Shown: positions 1 through 11,802 of the stretch, piece by piece | Layout of the letters: the number at the start of each line of letters is the position of its first letter | Position numbering within the stretch: position 1 is the stretch's first letter | NCBI RefSeq assembly: GCF_000219175.1 | Contig: NC_015735.1 | Span: 360,001 to 392,000, forward strand | Length of the DNA stretch: 32,000 bases | Source: Candidatus Moranella endobia PCIT | Lineage (GTDB): Bacteria > Pseudomonadota > Gammaproteobacteria > Enterobacterales > Enterobacteriaceae | Direction of reading: 5' to 3' | Made by a program: the position numbers and the translations under genes | Notes under the pieces: generated by a model | Databases searched by the model: none | What the model saw: only the letters and a program-made list of their open reading frames with translations | Told to the model about the DNA's origin: nothing

Positions 1-1
1 G

Positions 2-1555
2 ATGCTCTTACTAATTGGAGTATGGATATTCTTTATGCGCCAAATACAGGGTAGTGGTGGCAAAGGCGCTATGTCGTTCGGCAAGAGTAAGGCGCGGATG
101 TTGACAGAAGACCAGATAAAAACGACCTTCGCTGATGTCGCAGGTTGCGATGAAGCGAAGGAAGAGGTACATGAGCTAGTTGATTACTTACGCGAACCAA
201 GCCGTTTCCAAAAGCTAGGCGGCAAGATTCCTAAAGGCGTGCTAATGGTTGGACCGCCAGGAACCGGTAAAACTCTGCTGGCAAAGGCTATCGCGGGGGA
301 AGCCAAGGTACCGTTTTTTACTATTTCCGGTTCTGACTTCGTGGAGATGTTTGTTGGTGTTGGCGCTTCCCGCGTTCGGGATATGTTCGAACAGGCGAAA
401 AAAGCTGCGCCTTGTATCATTTTTATCGATGAAATCGACGCCGTCGGGCGTCAACGTGGTGCTGGCCTAGGCGGCGGTCACGATGAGCGTGAACAGACTC
501 TAAACCAGATGCTTGTGGAAATGGATGGGTTTGACGGCAATGAAGGTGTTATTGTCATTGCAGCTACCAACCGCCCAGACGTTCTGGATCCGGCGCTGCT
601 ACGTCCAGGACGTTTTGACCGACAAGTGGTGGTTGGTCTACCTGATGTCCGTGGTAGAGAACAAATTCTAAAGGTACACATGCGAAGTGTGCCGTTAGCG
701 CCCGATATTGATGCTTCGGTAATTGCGCGCGGTACGCCTGGCTTTTCTGGTGCTGATTTGGCCAACCTAGTGAACGAAGCGGCGTTATTTGCCGCTCGCG
801 ACAGTAAGCTCATAGTGACGATGGTAGAATTGGAGAAGGCCAAAGATAAAATTATGATGGGCACCGAGCGACGTTCAATGGTTATGACTGAAATGCAAAA
901 AGAAGCTACCGCCTACCACGAGGCTGGCCATGCGATCATAGGCCGTTTAGTGCCAGAGCATGATCCGTTGCATAAAGTTACCATTATCCCGCGTGGTCAA
1001 TCCCTAGGAGTGACATTTTTCCTACCAGAAGGAGATGCTATTAGCGCTAGCCGCCAGAAGTTGGAAAGCCAAATCGCCACTCTATACGGTGGTCGGCTAG
1101 CTGAGGAGATTATATATGGTCCGGCAAAAGTATCTACTGGAGCGTCTAACGATATTAAAGTAGCGACATCGATTGCTCGCAATATGGTTACCCAGTGGGG
1201 CTTCTCGGATAAGTTGGGTCCGATGCTATATGCGGAGGAAGAGGAGGAAATTTTGCTTGGTCGTGCAGTAGTTGGCAAGATGAAGCATATATCTGATGAA
1301 ACAGCGCGCATAATCGATCAAGAAGTTAAGTCACTGATTGAGCGAAACTATGTCCATGCCCATAAATTGCTGATGGATAATATGGATATTCTGCATGCTA
1401 TGAAAGATGCTTTGATGAAATATGAGACCATCGATGCACAACAGATTGACGATCTTATGAGCCGCAAAGCGATTGTGCGCCCGCCTGCTGGTTGGGATAA
1501 TATCGTCTCTGATAAGAGCTGCGATGAAGTTACTACGTGCCCGCCGAAGACATAG
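2..1555 (+). CDS. ftsH: ATP-dependent zinc metalloprotease FtsH (5' end outside window)
   Basis: ORF is open to the window edge. Contains Walker A GPPGTGKT, Walker B IIFIDEID and zinc site HEAGH. Collinear with E. coli FtsH, with a shorter C-terminal tail. Confidence 0.97.
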   Translation: MLLLIGVWIFFMRQIQGSGGKGAMSFGKSKARMLTEDQIKTTFADVAGCDEAKEEVHELVDYLREPSRFQKLGGKIPKGVLMVGPPGTGKTLLAKAIAGEAKVPFFTISGSDFVEMFVGVGASRVRDMFEQAKKAAPCIIFIDEIDAVGRQRGAGLGGGHDEREQTLNQMLVEMDGFDGNEGVIVIAATNRPDVLDPALLRPGRFDRQVVVGLPDVRGREQILKVHMRSVPLAPDIDASVIARGTPGFSGADLANLVNEAALFAARDSKLIVTMVELEKAKDKIMMGTERRSMVMTEMQKEATAYHEAGHAIIGRLVPEHDPLHKVTIIPRGQSLGVTFFLPEGDAISASRQKLESQIATLYGGRLAEEIIYGPAKVSTGASNDIKVATSIARNMVTQWGFSDKLGPMLYAEEEEEILLGRAVVGKMKHISDETARIIDQEVKSLIERNYVHAHKLLMDNMDILHAMKDALMKYETIDAQQIDDLMSRKAIVRPPAGWDNIVSDKSCDEVTTCPPKT

Positions 1556-1639
1556 AGTGCTATTGTTGAATAATACGGTAATCGATCATAGTAATAGTCA
1601 TTAGATACTGGTAGCATCATGCGATACTCTCACCATAGT

Positions 1640-1874
1640 AGCGCCGCAACAATGCAACTCGATAACGTTCACGGAACCTTGACGCTACGCGCATCTCGCT
1701 GTCAGCTAAGCTGGTATACATACAAGCACAGAGGTTTAGTAACAGTTAGGCGCCCACGGGCGAGTTATTTTATATAAGTATGGTACCGATCCAAAGTTAG
1801 CCTTATCTTAGAAGAAGAGGAGGAATAGATCGTGCATGCAGATTAACCATATAGCGTATTATATCGCGGTGTAA
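1640..1874 (+). pseudogene. glmM: 3'-terminal stub of phosphoglucosamine mutase
   Basis: 1749-1874 reads in one frame as GAHGRVILYKYGTDPKLALS*KKRRNRSCMQINHIAYYIAV*. The E. coli GlmM tail is [47 protein letters not shown].GT[ED]P matches, His falls at the same offset, and both end AV-stop. In-frame TAG at 1809. Weaker LDNVHGT ~ ILVNVRYT lies upstream. The stub sits where glmM lies in E. coli (ftsH-folP-glmM-secG), and more than 1 kb of the gene is missing. Confidence 0.55.
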
Positions 1875-2035
1875 GTGGTTTACTGAAGTAGCTACAAAAT
1901 TTACTTGCAATACATGCAATAAAATTGTACTTTAGTTATTATTCATAGTTCATAGTTGTTTCAGTTGAATGTTCCAGGTACGTTGTTTGTGGTTGTAGTT
2001 GCTGACGTTGTTAACCGGAAGAACACTAGAATATT

Positions 2036-2368
2036 ATGTATTTCACTCTGCTGGTCATATACCTATTCGTAGTACTCTGCCTAATTGCGCTGATTATGTT
2101 ACAACAAGGTAAAAATACTGATATGGGATGTTCGTTTAGTGCCAACACCAGTAACGCCTTGTTCGGTTCAAGCAGTAACGGTACTATTATCACTTGTATG
2201 ACTGCAGTGTTAGCGATGCTGTTCTTCGTGCTCAGTCTAGTGCTAGGTAACCTAATCAGCAGGCAAAAGCAAAAAAGTCGCCAGGTAGATAATATAAATC
2301 AAGTGCAACTAGCAGATCAGGTTACAAAATTAGCACCAGCAAAACTGGGTAACAACATTCCACAGTAA
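2036..2368 (+). CDS. secG: preprotein translocase subunit SecG
   Basis: 110 aa. LIMLQQGK..DMG.SF......LFGSS and MT..LA.LFF..SLVLGN match E. coli SecG. Followed by leuU as in E. coli. Confidence 0.93.
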   Translation: MYFTLLVIYLFVVLCLIALIMLQQGKNTDMGCSFSANTSNALFGSSSNGTIITCMTAVLAMLFFVLSLVLGNLISRQKQKSRQVDNINQVQLADQVTKLAPAKLGNNIPQ

Positions 2369-2426
2369 GAGTTAAACTACTTCTTGCCTTGTCAATGTAA
2401 AGCAATCCTAGATTCTAGAAGAAAGT

Positions 2427-2513
2427 GCCGAGGTGGTGAAATTGGTAGACACGCTACCTTGAGGTGGTAGTGCCCGATGGGGCTTACGGGTTCAAGTCCC
2501 GTCCTCGGCACCA
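2427..2513 (+). tRNA. leuU: tRNA-Leu (anticodon GAG)
   Basis: 87 nt, nearly identical to E. coli leuU as I recall it. Acceptor stem gccgagg/cctcggc, anticodon loop cttGAGgt, long variable arm, encoded CCA. Confidence 0.95.
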
Positions 2514-2590
2514 GGCTAGAAGGAGAATTAATGTTTTTTTGGAGATATAAGTTGCTTTTTTTTGACGATTAGCTTATTATTTAACTTAGA

Positions 2591-2667
<77 letters not shown>

Positions 2668-2834
2668 AATTTTGGATAGAGCTTGTAAAGCTAGGCAGCC
2701 AAGTATAGTTATCTTTAAATATACATAATAACCATGCTTATTTGACAATCGGTTGAAAACCGCCTCTTGACTAGGTCAAGATCATGAAAACCCTCAAATG
2801 TTGAGACAGTTTCAGTATTTAACTACGGTAAATT

Positions 2835-2857
2835 GGGCTAATTAGGCCCTTTTTTTA
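2835..2857 (+). terminator. weak hairpin plus T7 run between metY and the rimP stub
   Basis: gggc(2835-2838)/gccc(2846-2849) forms a 4-bp GC stem with a 7-nt loop, followed by ttttttt (2850-2856). The stem is very short, so this is only a candidate attenuator/terminator. Confidence 0.3.
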
Positions 2858-2873
2858 TGTCTTTGGGGTTTGG

Positions 2874-3318
2874 GTGAACTTGTCTACATTATAACAATAA
2901 ATACTTGACAAAACTGTTCAAAAAACCTGTGGAAGCAATGGGATTTGAGTTGTTAGGTATTGAATTTATTCGTTGCCGTTAATCAACGCTGCGCATTTAT
3001 ATTGATCATGAAGATGGTATTAATATTGATGATTGTTCTGAGGTAAACAAACAGATCAGCACGTTAATTGATGGAGAAGATCCTATTATATCCCTGGCTT
3101 ATAGTCTTGAAACCTAATCACCTGGCCTGGATCGACAACTGTTTACCCGCCACAGTTTAGACAATTTGCTGCTGCGCATTGCGGTGCAAAGCCGCCGTAA
3201 ATGACAGGGAATAATTAAAGCTGTTAACGGTGAAATAATCAACGTAACGGTGGCAGGTCAAGATGAAGTGTTATTTTAAAACAAGATCCAGAAAGCGAAC
3301 CTGGTAACCAAATTTTAA
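2874..3318 (+). pseudogene. rimP: ribosome maturation factor RimP, inactivated
   Basis: Collinear with E. coli RimP ([66 protein letters not shown]). Premature stops at 2892, 2898, 2980, 3115, 3202 (TGA at the conserved Trp) and 3277. There is a +1 shift at the A6 run 2920-2925 and a roughly 7-codon deletion. The native stop is at 3316-3318. Confidence 0.9.
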
Positions 3319-3339
3319 CGCTTTACTAAGGCAACTAGG

Positions 3340-4830
3340 ATGAATAAAGAAATTCTGGCTGTTGTTGAGGCAGTGTCTAATGAGAAAGCCGTCCCGCGGG
3401 GAAAAATTTTCGAAGCGCTAGAAATAGCACTAGCCACTGCTACTAAGAAAAAATACGAACAGAACATAGAAGTCCGCGTTAGCATCGATCGCAAGTCTGG
3501 GGAATTTGATACTTTCCGCCGTTGGCTAATAGTGGATAAAGTAATACATCCTACCAGGGAAATTACCTTGGATGCGGCGCAATTTGATAATCCGCAAATA
3601 CAGCTTGGCAGCTACATAGAAGATCAAATTGAATCTGTAGTATTTGATCGCATTACTACCCAAACTGCTAAGCAAGTGATCGTCCAGAAGGTTCGTGAAG
3701 CCGAACGGAAGATGGTTATTGATAAGTTCCGCAGTCATGAAGGTAAGATTATCACTGGCGTAGTAAAAAAAATTAATCGGGACAGCATCAGTCTAGATCT
3801 TGGTAATAATGCTGAAGCAATGATCAGCCGCGAGGACATGCTACCGCGTGAAAATTTCCGCCCTGGTGATCGTATCCGCGGGGTGTTATATGCTATTCGT
3901 CCGGAAGCGCGAGGCGCTCAACTATTGGTCAGTAGGTCGCGTCCAGAGATGTTAGTCGAACTGTTCCGGATTGAAGTACCAGAAATTGGCGAAGAAGTTA
4001 TTGAAATCAAGGCGGCTATTCGAGATCCCGGTTCAAGGGCAAAAATTGCTGTAAAGACCAACGACAAGCGCATTGACCCTGTTGGCGCCTGTGTTGGTAT
4101 GCGAGGCGCGCGAGTCCAGGCGGTATCCAGAGAACTATGCGGCGAACGAATTGATATCGTGCTGTGGGATGACAATCCAGCCCAGTTCGTGATTAATGCC
4201 ATGGCACCTGCCGATGTCGCCTACATAGTAATTGATGAGGATAAGCATATGATGGATATTGCAGTCGAATCCAGTAATCTTGCACAGGCTATTGGCCGCA
4301 ATGGACAAAATGTCCGGCTAGCTTCCCAGCTTAGTGGCTGGGAGCTGAACGTAATGACAGTAGAAGATCTGCAAGCAACACATCAAGCTGAAGCCAAGGC
4401 AGTAATCGATCTGTTTACCCGTCATCTTGAGATCGATGCAGAGCTCGCCACAGTTCTTATGGCGGCAGGTTTCTCTTCTCTTGAAGAGTTGGCCTATGTA
4501 CCAATAAACGAACTACTAACCATTGAAGGGTTTGATGAACAAATGGTAACAGCGCTGCGCGCACGCGCGCAGGATGCTCTGACTATGCTGGCCTTGGCGC
4601 GGCAAGAAAATATGGGTACTCATATACTAAATGAAGAACTGCTGTGTCTTCCTAAAATTGAGCGTGATATGTCATGCCAGCTAGCAGATCGTGGAATTTG
4701 CACGCTAGAAAATCTTGCAGAACAGAGCGTCGACGATATTGCCGATATTGCCGGGATAAGTAGCGAACAAGCTGGTGAGTTAATTATGGCAGCACGCAAT
4801 ATTTGCTGGTTTGGCAACAAAGTTGAATAA
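3340..4830 (+). CDS. nusA: transcription termination/antitermination factor NusA
   Basis: 496 aa, full-length collinear match to E. coli NusA ([17 protein letters not shown]..., S1/KH regions, C-terminal ARNICWFG). Confidence 0.97.
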   Translation: MNKEILAVVEAVSNEKAVPRGKIFEALEIALATATKKKYEQNIEVRVSIDRKSGEFDTFRRWLIVDKVIHPTREITLDAAQFDNPQIQLGSYIEDQIESVVFDRITTQTAKQVIVQKVREAERKMVIDKFRSHEGKIITGVVKKINRDSISLDLGNNAEAMISREDMLPRENFRPGDRIRGVLYAIRPEARGAQLLVSRSRPEMLVELFRIEVPEIGEEVIEIKAAIRDPGSRAKIAVKTNDKRIDPVGACVGMRGARVQAVSRELCGERIDIVLWDDNPAQFVINAMAPADVAYIVIDEDKHMMDIAVESSNLAQAIGRNGQNVRLASQLSGWELNVMTVEDLQATHQAEAKAVIDLFTRHLEIDAELATVLMAAGFSSLEELAYVPINELLTIEGFDEQMVTALRARAQDALTMLALARQENMGTHILNEELLCLPKIERDMSCQLADRGICTLENLAEQSVDDIADIAGISSEQAGELIMAARNICWFGNKVE

Positions 4831-4854
4831 AATGTATCAGGAAATGAAAATAGC

Positions 4855-7560
4855 ATGACAGATGTAACCGTAAAATCGCTCGCATCAGAAATACAAACTA
4901 CGGTAGATCGCCTGGTACAGATATTTGCTGATACAGGCATTAACAAAACCGCAGTGGATTATGTGACCCAACAAGAAAAAGACACTTTACTGGCTTACCT
5001 TAGCGCGCACGGTACCAAGCTCAAGAGATTAACTGTGCAGCGCAAAACGCTTCGCACCTTGAATTTTACTAGCAATAGTGGAAAAAGTAAGTCGGTACAA
5101 ATAGAAGTGCGTAAAAAGCGCACCTATGTGCAATTTAATCCGCAGGCAATAGAACAAGCTGACGCAACAGAAAACACCAAGTATGCGGGAGAAAAACTGA
5201 TTCAGCCGCAGGCAAATTTGGACGCTACTGAACAATCGCGTCGTAATATTGGTAAAAAAGTCAAATACGCAGCGGAAGATCAGGCTAAGCTGCAGGCAAC
5301 TGGGCAAGCAGCACATGTAGCAGCGGCAGAAATGTTGACTAATCATCAGTCCAATATTATTACTGCTCAGTCACCACTAGCTGCTGAACAAGCGCGCCGT
5401 GAAGCCAAAAACGCAGAAATAAGACGCAAAGCGGAAGAAGAGGTGCGGCGCAAAGTAGAAGAAAATGCTCGCAAGGTCGTGGAAGAGGCATGTCGTATGG
5501 CTGAAGAACATGGCGGTACTTGGGATAACGTGCCTAATCCTGTAGAGGAAGATACAAACGATTACCACGTAACTACCTCCCATCATGCCAGAGAAGCGGA
5601 AGATGAAAACGATCGCAAATTGGAAGGCGCTCGCCGCCGCAACCGTGGTGGTAAAGCCGCTAAACAGAAGAAAACCAGCCGCTTGTCCGAAGCAAAAGCA
5701 GATCGCGAAGAAGCCCGTGCCGTGGTACGTGGTGGTAAGAGTAAGCGCAAAACTAACACTCTGATGCAAGGCTTTAACAAGCCAGTGCAGACGGTGAACC
5801 GCGATGTGATGATCGGCGAAACAATCACCGTTGCTGACTTGGCGAACAAGATGGCGGTAAAAGGATCTTATGTTATCACAGCCATGATGAAGATGGGAGC
5901 CATGGCTACTATTAACCAGGTGATAGATCAGGAAACAGCACAATTAGTTGCAGAAGAAATGGGTCATAAAGTTACTGTTCGCCGTGAAAACGAGCTGGAA
6001 GAGGCGGTTATGTCCGACCGCGACACTGGCAGCTTCGCCACCGCTAAATTGCGGGCACCGGTAGTGACCATCATGGGCCACGTCGACCATGGTAAAACCT
6101 CACTCTTGGACTATATACGTTCAACTAAAGTGGCAGCGAGTGAGGCAGGGGGCATGACACAACATATTGGTGCCTATCATGTTGAAACCGATAACGGCAT
6201 GATAACCTTTCTAGATACCCCAGGGCATGCCGCATTTACCGCAATGCGGGCGCGAGGTGCGCAGGCAACTGATATCGTGGTACTGGTAGTAGCTGCCGAT
6301 GACGGCGTTATGCCGCAGACGATCGAAGCTATCCAGCACGCAAAAGCGGCACAAGTGCCGGTAGTAGTAGCGGTGAATAAGATCGATAAACCAGAAGCAA
6401 ATCCAGATCAAGTCAAAAATAAACTTACCCAATATGGTATTATTCCTGAAGAATGGGGTGGTGAAAGCCAATTTGTACTAGTTTCTGCAAAATCAGGCCA
6501 GGGTATTGATGAATTGTTGAACGCTATCTTGCTACAGACGGAATTGCTTGAATTAAAAGCCATTGGCAATGGCATGGCCAGTGGGGTAGTGATCGAATCT
6601 GGCCTGGACAAGGGTCGTGGTCCAGTAGCGACTGTGCTAGTGCGTGAAGGTACTCTAAATCTTGGTGACATTGTCTTGTGTGGTTTTGAGTACGGTCGCG
6701 TTCGTGCCATGCGTGACGAATTTGGTCGTTATGTGGCCTCCGCCGGACCGTCAATACCAGTCGAGCTATTAGGTCTTTCTGGAGTACCTGCAGCCGGTGA
6801 TGAAGCAACAGTAGTACGCGACGAAAAGAAAGCACGTGAAGTAGCACTATATCGCCAAGGCAAGTTTCGTGAAGTAAAATTGGCACGGCAACAGAAGTCA
6901 AAACTGGAAAGCATGTTCACCAACATGACCGAAGGGGTAGTATCCGAGCTTAACATTGTGCTGAAGTCAGACGTACAGGGTTCCACAGAAGCTATCAGTG
7001 AAGCGCTGGAGACTTTATCTACTGACGAGGTAAAGGTAAAGATTATAGGTGCCGGTGTAGGCGGCATTACTGAGGCTGATGCTACGCTAGCTGCGGCTTC
7101 CAACGCCATCATCATAGGCTTTAACGTACGTGCTAATGCATCCGCTCGCCGCATTATCGAAGCGGAAAATCGTGATCTACGCTATTACTCGGTTATCTAC
7201 GATTTGATTTCTGAAATCAAACAGGCGATAAGCGGCATGCTGGCGCCCAAATATAAACAGGAAATTATTGGCTTAGCGGAAGTACGCGATGTATTTCTGG
7301 CCCAGAAATTCGGCGCAATTGCTGGTTGTATGGTAACGGAAGGAGTAGTCAAACGTCATAATAAGATACGTGTGCTACGGGAAAACGTGGTGATCTACGA
7401 AGGAGAACTGGAGTCACTACGTCGCTTCAAAGATGACGTTAACGAAGTACGTAATGGCATGGAATGCGGCATTGGCGTGAAAAATTATAACAACATTTGC
7501 TCAGGTGATGTGATCGAAGTATTTGAAAACATCGCGATCCAACGTGCTGCAATTGATTAA
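4855..7560 (+). CDS. infB: translation initiation factor IF-2
   Basis: 901 aa. [11 protein letters not shown]-terminus, K/E/R-rich linker, G domain [12 protein letters not shown] / DTPGH / NKID. The C-terminal domains match E. coli IF2. Confidence 0.97.
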   Translation: MTDVTVKSLASEIQTTVDRLVQIFADTGINKTAVDYVTQQEKDTLLAYLSAHGTKLKRLTVQRKTLRTLNFTSNSGKSKSVQIEVRKKRTYVQFNPQAIEQADATENTKYAGEKLIQPQANLDATEQSRRNIGKKVKYAAEDQAKLQATGQAAHVAAAEMLTNHQSNIITAQSPLAAEQARREAKNAEIRRKAEEEVRRKVEENARKVVEEACRMAEEHGGTWDNVPNPVEEDTNDYHVTTSHHAREAEDENDRKLEGARRRNRGGKAAKQKKTSRLSEAKADREEARAVVRGGKSKRKTNTLMQGFNKPVQTVNRDVMIGETITVADLANKMAVKGSYVITAMMKMGAMATINQVIDQETAQLVAEEMGHKVTVRRENELEEAVMSDRDTGSFATAKLRAPVVTIMGHVDHGKTSLLDYIRSTKVAASEAGGMTQHIGAYHVETDNGMITFLDTPGHAAFTAMRARGAQATDIVVLVVAADDGVMPQTIEAIQHAKAAQVPVVVAVNKIDKPEANPDQVKNKLTQYGIIPEEWGGESQFVLVSAKSGQGIDELLNAILLQTELLELKAIGNGMASGVVIESGLDKGRGPVATVLVREGTLNLGDIVLCGFEYGRVRAMRDEFGRYVASAGPSIPVELLGLSGVPAAGDEATVVRDEKKAREVALYRQGKFREVKLARQQKSKLESMFTNMTEGVVSELNIVLKSDVQGSTEAISEALETLSTDEVKVKIIGAGVGGITEADATLAAASNAIIIGFNVRANASARRIIEAENRDLRYYSVIYDLISEIKQAISGMLAPKYKQEIIGLAEVRDVFLAQKFGAIAGCMVTEGVVKRHNKIRVLRENVVIYEGELESLRRFKDDVNEVRNGMECGIGVKNYNNICSGDVIEVFENIAIQRAAID

Positions 7561-7649
7561 CTTAACTACTAAACTACTAGCTGACTAGCTAATGGGTGAT
7601 TAGCAAATATCACCTAAGAGGCGCCAGCAACCAGTATGGAACTTTTCCC

Positions 7650-8066
7650 ATGAAAAAAGAATCTAGCCGCCTCCAGCGTGTTTCCCAGGAGATAAAAAAG
7701 GAAATAGCAATTATACTGCAGCGTGAAATAAAAGATCCCCGTGTCGTCATGGCGACCGTGTCCGGGGTTGAAGTTTCGCGCGATCTTGCTTATGTCAAAG
7801 TGTTCGTAACTTTTTTGAATGACAATTCACTCGAACAGGCGCAAACCGGTATCCGAGCGCTACAGGCCGCTACAGGTTTTATTCGTAGCATGTTAGGTAA
7901 AGCTATGTGTTTGCGAGTTGTACCAGAGCTTAAATTTGTCTACGATAAATCACTGGTGGAGGGTATACGTATATCTAATCTGGTCAGTAGAGTAAGTAGG
8001 ATATTAAACAACCACCGCCTTGGCGGCAGCACAAGCCAGAAAGCAGATGAAAAACTAGGACACTGA
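7650..8066 (+). CDS. rbfA: ribosome-binding factor A
   Basis: Start chosen at Met19 of the tracked ORF (ATG 7650) so that [31 protein letters not shown] aligns with E. coli [31 protein letters not shown]. Confidence 0.9.
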   Translation: MKKESSRLQRVSQEIKKEIAIILQREIKDPRVVMATVSGVEVSRDLAYVKVFVTFLNDNSLEQAQTGIRALQAATGFIRSMLGKAMCLRVVPELKFVYDKSLVEGIRISNLVSRVSRILNNHRLGGSTSQKADEKLGH

Positions 8067-8072
8067 TGGGAG

Positions 8073-9017
8073 ATGGGACGTCAAAGTAGTCGTGGCCGTG
8101 ATATCGATGGTATTATCTTGCTAGATAAACCGCTTGGTATTTCTTCTAATGCTCTTTTGCAAAAAGTTAAGCGGTTGTTTCGCGTTAATAGGGCAGGGCA
8201 TACTGGCGCGCTTGATCCTCTAGCAACCGGTATGCTGCCGGTTTGCTTTGGTGAAGCAACAAAGTTTTCCCAGTATTTGCTGAATGCTAATAAACGCTAT
8301 ATGGTTACTGCTCTGCTCGGTAAACGTACCGATACCTCTGATGCTGAAGGCCGTACGGTCAGCTGTCGTCCGGTGTTTATCGACCAATCGCGGCTGGAGG
8401 CGGCTCTTGACCACTTCCGCGGAAAAAGCATACAGTTGCCTTCGATATTTTCGGCGCTGAAGCATCATGGGCGCCCATTGTACGAATATGCTCGCAAGGG
8501 TATAACGGTAGCACGCGAGGCACGGACCATTCACGTTTATGATTTACACTTACACTACTGGGATCATACTAAGGTAGAGTTGGAAATTCATTGTGCCAAA
8601 GGTACCTATATTCGCACCATTATAGATGACTTGGGTGAACTTCTTGGTTGTGGTGCGCACGTTGCTGCGCTACGCCGGCTGGCTGTGGCCAGCTACTCTA
8701 CTGAGCGTATGGTAACGCTGGCAGCGTTACAGAACATCACCGCCGAAGCACCTGAGGCGCCAGAAACTCTGGATCGCCTGGACGCACTGCTGTTACCAAT
8801 GGACAGTGCCATGGCTGATATACCAGTGGTCAATTTGCTGTCTGACATCGCTGCCAGAGTACGGCTAGGACAACCAGTAGCAGTGACCAAGCAACTAAAG
8901 GTAGGTATGGTGCGGCTGACCGAGGGGGATGCTGGGCGCTTTTTTGGCATTGGCGAAATCTCTACACCGGGTAGGCTGAAGCCGATTAGGTTAATAGCAA
9001 CAAGCAGAACCAAGTAA
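8073..9017 (+). CDS. truB: tRNA pseudouridine-55 synthase TruB
   Basis: 314 aa. Catalytic-Asp motif [15 protein letters not shown]. Collinear with E. coli TruB. Confidence 0.95.
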   Translation: MGRQSSRGRDIDGIILLDKPLGISSNALLQKVKRLFRVNRAGHTGALDPLATGMLPVCFGEATKFSQYLLNANKRYMVTALLGKRTDTSDAEGRTVSCRPVFIDQSRLEAALDHFRGKSIQLPSIFSALKHHGRPLYEYARKGITVAREARTIHVYDLHLHYWDHTKVELEIHCAKGTYIRTIIDDLGELLGCGAHVAALRRLAVASYSTERMVTLAALQNITAEAPEAPETLDRLDALLLPMDSAMADIPVVNLLSDIAARVRLGQPVAVTKQLKVGMVRLTEGDAGRFFGIGEISTPGRLKPIRLIATSRTK

Positions 9018-9041
9018 GTGATCGATGCTAATGCAATCATA

Positions 9042-9070
9042 TTGCGCTCATTGCTTGTTGATAGTAGAAT
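9042..9070 (+). promoter_or_regulatory. candidate sigma-70 promoter of rpsO
   Basis: TTGCGC (9042-9047), 17-nt spacer, TAGAAT (9065-9070). Lies about 88 nt upstream of the rpsO ATG, leaving room for an S15 autoregulatory leader. Confidence 0.5.
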
Positions 9071-9157
9071 AGCCAACTTTGGGAAGTGGGGCGTGATATC
9101 GGCGTTAGTGAATCTATTATTCCACTATTCCAAAGTTCTTTTGGTTGGAGTGTTATC

Positions 9158-9427
9158 ATGTCTCTAAGTGTTGAAGAAAAAAAGAACATTATTGCTAATT
9201 TTGGTCGTGATACCAAAGATAGTGGTTACCCTGAAGTACAAATTGCTTTATTAACCGCTCAGATTAGCCAGCTGCAAGTTCATTTTGATAAACATCAAAA
9301 AGATCACCATAGCCGCCACGGTCTGCTACGTATAGTTTCACAGCGTCGTAAGCTGCTTGACTACTTAAAGGGTAAAGATATGGGACGTTACACTATCTTA
9401 ATCGACAACCTAGGTCTGCGGCGCTAA
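9158..9427 (+). CDS. rpsO: 30S ribosomal protein S15
   Basis: 89 aa from ATG 9158, with GGAG at 9147-9150. [23 protein letters not shown]... matches E. coli S15. The upstream part of the tracked ORF is not homologous. Confidence 0.95.
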   Translation: MSLSVEEKKNIIANFGRDTKDSGYPEVQIALLTAQISQLQVHFDKHQKDHHSRHGLLRIVSQRRKLLDYLKGKDMGRYTILIDNLGLRR

Positions 9428-9444
9428 GCTAAACAGTTTCAAGA

Positions 9445-9476
9445 GAAAGGGGCCTGATATTGGGCCCCTTTCTTCT
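9445..9476 (+). terminator. rpsO terminator hairpin in the rpsO-pnp spacer
   Basis: Perfect 10-bp stem gaaaggggcc (9445-9454) / ggcccctttc (9463-9472) with an 8-nt loop, then ttct. Same position as the rpsO t1 terminator in E. coli. Confidence 0.6.
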
Positions 9477-9645
9477 AGGCAGTGCTTAAGTGCTTATACG
9501 TAGCAGACCGTGGCGCTGAAAATTCAGATTAAGTAATTTTTCCACCACTCTTCCATGGCTGAGGTTAGAAGCTGAAGCTAATGAGAAGATTATTAGTCAA
9601 TCATGGTCGATAACAGGACCATTCCCTTTGAAAAAGGAAATTATT

Positions 9646-11739
9646 TTGTTAACTCCACTTGTACATAAGTTTCAATATGGTCAGCATACCGTAACCCTGG
9701 AAACAGGTATAATGGCTCGTCAGGCAACTGCTGCAGTAATGGTTAGCATGGACGACACAGCAGTCTTAGTAACGGTTGTTGGTGCCAAAGATGCAAAAAT
9801 AGGACAAAGTTACTTCCCGTTGACCGTTAACTATCAGGAGCGAACTTACGCCGCAGGACGCTTTCCAGGCGGTTTTTTCCGACGTGAAGGCCGCCCGAGC
9901 GAAGGCGAAACCCTAATTGCGCGCCTAATAGACCGTCCAATACGTCCGCTATTCCCGGCAGGTTTTCTTAACGAAGTACAAGTTATAGCCACGGTGGTAT
10001 CAGGCAATCCACAAGTTAGCCCAGATATAGTGGCAATGATTGGGGTTTCCGCCGTGCTTAGTTTATCTGGTATTCCTTTTAGTGGACCTATTGGCGCCGC
10101 GCGAGTTGGTTACATTAACGACCAGTATGTGCTTAACCCTACCCAGGCTGAACTGGCAACAAGTCGACTAGATTTGGTGGTTGCTGGGACAGAGAATGCG
10201 GTACTGATGGTAGAATCCGAAGCGCAGCTGTTAAGTGAAGAGCAAATGCTAGGCGCAATAGTATACGGACATAATCAGCAGCAGGTAGTGATTGAGAATA
10301 TACATCAACTAGTAACCTTAGCAGGTAAACCAAAGTGGCCATATAATATGCCCGACGTTGATGTCGCTCTGCAGGAGCGAGTAACAGAGCTGGCAGAAGC
10401 CCGTTTAAGCGATGCTTATTACATTACTCAGAAGCAAGAACGTTATGCCATGTTGGATGCTATTAAGGCCGATGTCGTAGAAGAGCTGACAAGCAAGGAC
10501 GACAATATAAATCAAAATACCATTAGAGACATCCTGGGTACGTTGGAGAAAAATGTGGTGCGTAGTCGCATACTACGCGGTGAACCGCGTATTGATGGCC
10601 GTGAGAAAGATATGATTCGCGGTCTGGACGTGCGCACAGGAGTATTGCCACGTACCCATGGGTCGGCGCTGTTCACCCGCGGGGAAACCCAGGCGTTAGT
10701 CACTGCAACTCTAGGTACTGAGCGCAACGCGCAGAATATCGATGAATTGACTGGTGAACGTATAGAAAGGTTCCTGTTACACTACAATTTTCCACCTTAC
10801 TGCGTCGGTGAAATTGGCGTGGTAGGTGCACCAAAGCGCCGTGAAATAGGCCACGGCCGGCTGGCTAAACGTGGTGTTATGGCTGTGATGCCAAACGCTA
10901 GCGAGTTCCCTTACACCGTACGCGTAGTATCGGAAATAACGGAATCTAACGGCTCATCATCCATGGCTTCTGTGTGCGGCGCTTCACTAGCACTGATGGA
11001 TGCTGGGGTTCCAATTAAGGCAGCAGTGGCCGGTATTGCCATGGGACTGATAAAAGAAAAAGATAATTTCATGGTGTTATCAGATATTCTGAGTGATGAA
11101 GATCATCTAGGCGATATGGATTTCAAAGTTGCTGGCAGCCGTGAAGGAATTACTGCACTACAGATGGATATTAAAATTGAAGGCATAAACAGCGAAATCA
11201 TGCAGGTGGCGCTGAATCAAGCTAAGAGCGCGCGCATGCATATTCTTGACGTCATGGAGCTGGCAATCAGCTCGCCACGTGGTGATATTTCTGAATTTGC
11301 GCCTCGCATTCATACTATTAAAATCAGTTCCGATAAAATCAAGGATGTAATTGGTAAAGGCGGTTCTGTTATCCGCGCGCTAACCGAAGAAACTGGCACT
11401 ACGATAGAAATTGAAGATGACGGTACCGTGAAAGTCTCATCCAACGACAGTAATAAAGCCCGCGCAGCAATTTGCCGCATTGAAGAGATTACCTCGGAAA
11501 TTGAAGTTAACCGTGTTTATAACGGTAAAGTCACCCGTATCGTTGACTTCGGTGCATTTGTTGCCCTCGTTGGTGGTAAAGAAGGGTTGGTGCATATCTC
11601 CCAGATTGCTAATAAACGTATAGATAAAGTAAATGATTATCTGGAACTTGGCCAGGAAGTGCATGTTAAGGTGCTGGAAGTGGACCGTCAAGGTCGCGTG
11701 CGCCTCAGCATCAAGGAAGCTAGTATCACCACCAACTAG
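9646..11739 (+). CDS. pnp: polynucleotide phosphorylase
   Basis: Collinear with E. coli PNPase ([34 protein letters not shown] and S1 domains at the C-terminus). Start set at TTG 9646, with AAGGAA at 9634-9639, because it aligns with the E. coli UUG start. In-frame TTG 9628 is the alternative. Confidence 0.93.
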   Translation: MLTPLVHKFQYGQHTVTLETGIMARQATAAVMVSMDDTAVLVTVVGAKDAKIGQSYFPLTVNYQERTYAAGRFPGGFFRREGRPSEGETLIARLIDRPIRPLFPAGFLNEVQVIATVVSGNPQVSPDIVAMIGVSAVLSLSGIPFSGPIGAARVGYINDQYVLNPTQAELATSRLDLVVAGTENAVLMVESEAQLLSEEQMLGAIVYGHNQQQVVIENIHQLVTLAGKPKWPYNMPDVDVALQERVTELAEARLSDAYYITQKQERYAMLDAIKADVVEELTSKDDNINQNTIRDILGTLEKNVVRSRILRGEPRIDGREKDMIRGLDVRTGVLPRTHGSALFTRGETQALVTATLGTERNAQNIDELTGERIERFLLHYNFPPYCVGEIGVVGAPKRREIGHGRLAKRGVMAVMPNASEFPYTVRVVSEITESNGSSSMASVCGASLALMDAGVPIKAAVAGIAMGLIKEKDNFMVLSDILSDEDHLGDMDFKVAGSREGITALQMDIKIEGINSEIMQVALNQAKSARMHILDVMELAISSPRGDISEFAPRIHTIKISSDKIKDVIGKGGSVIRALTEETGTTIEIEDDGTVKVSSNDSNKARAAICRIEEITSEIEVNRVYNGKVTRIVDFGAFVALVGGKEGLVHISQIANKRIDKVNDYLELGQEVHVKVLEVDRQGRVRLSIKEASITTN

Positions 11740-11802
11740 ATGCAGTTAGCATCCTGATTGCGAAGCAGTTTGTTAACATGATGGAGGACAGGAAGTACGT
11801 CT

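Noticed and set aside
2742-2780. A consensus TTGACA at 2742-2747 and the palindrome cttgac-tag-gtcaag (2766-2780), as the internal promoter or operator of the rimP-nusA operon.
   Set aside because: There is no acceptable -10 hexamer at 16-18 nt from either TTGAC(A/T). I cannot support a promoter call by eye.
3202-3204. TGA at the conserved Trp codon of rimP, as possible TGA=Trp recoding (as seen in some tiny symbiont genomes).
   Set aside because: Trp is TGG everywhere I checked in intact genes. TGA terminates rbfA, ptsI, trmB and tsf at homologous ends. The same rimP frame also carries five TAA stops and a frameshift.
5377-5943. A 188-aa minus-strand ORF, plus many other 60-140-aa antisense or out-of-frame ORFs inside ftsH, nusA, infB, pnp, deaD, ptsI, clsA, ffh, fabB, map, rpsB and tsf.
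   Set aside because: They lie wholly inside strongly conserved genes on the other strand or frame. They have low-complexity, Cys/Arg/Ser-rich composition typical of shadow ORFs, and no recognisable motifs.
7596-7649. N-terminal extensions in the ORF track for rbfA. The same applies to rpsO (9086-9157), rplM (16578-16622), rplS (19849-19878), map (28908-28919), deaD (12190-12204) and pnp (9628-9645).
   Set aside because: The extensions have no counterpart in the E. coli orthologues. Internal starts align exactly with the orthologous N-termini, several of them with a GGAG/GAGG/AAGGA box upstream.
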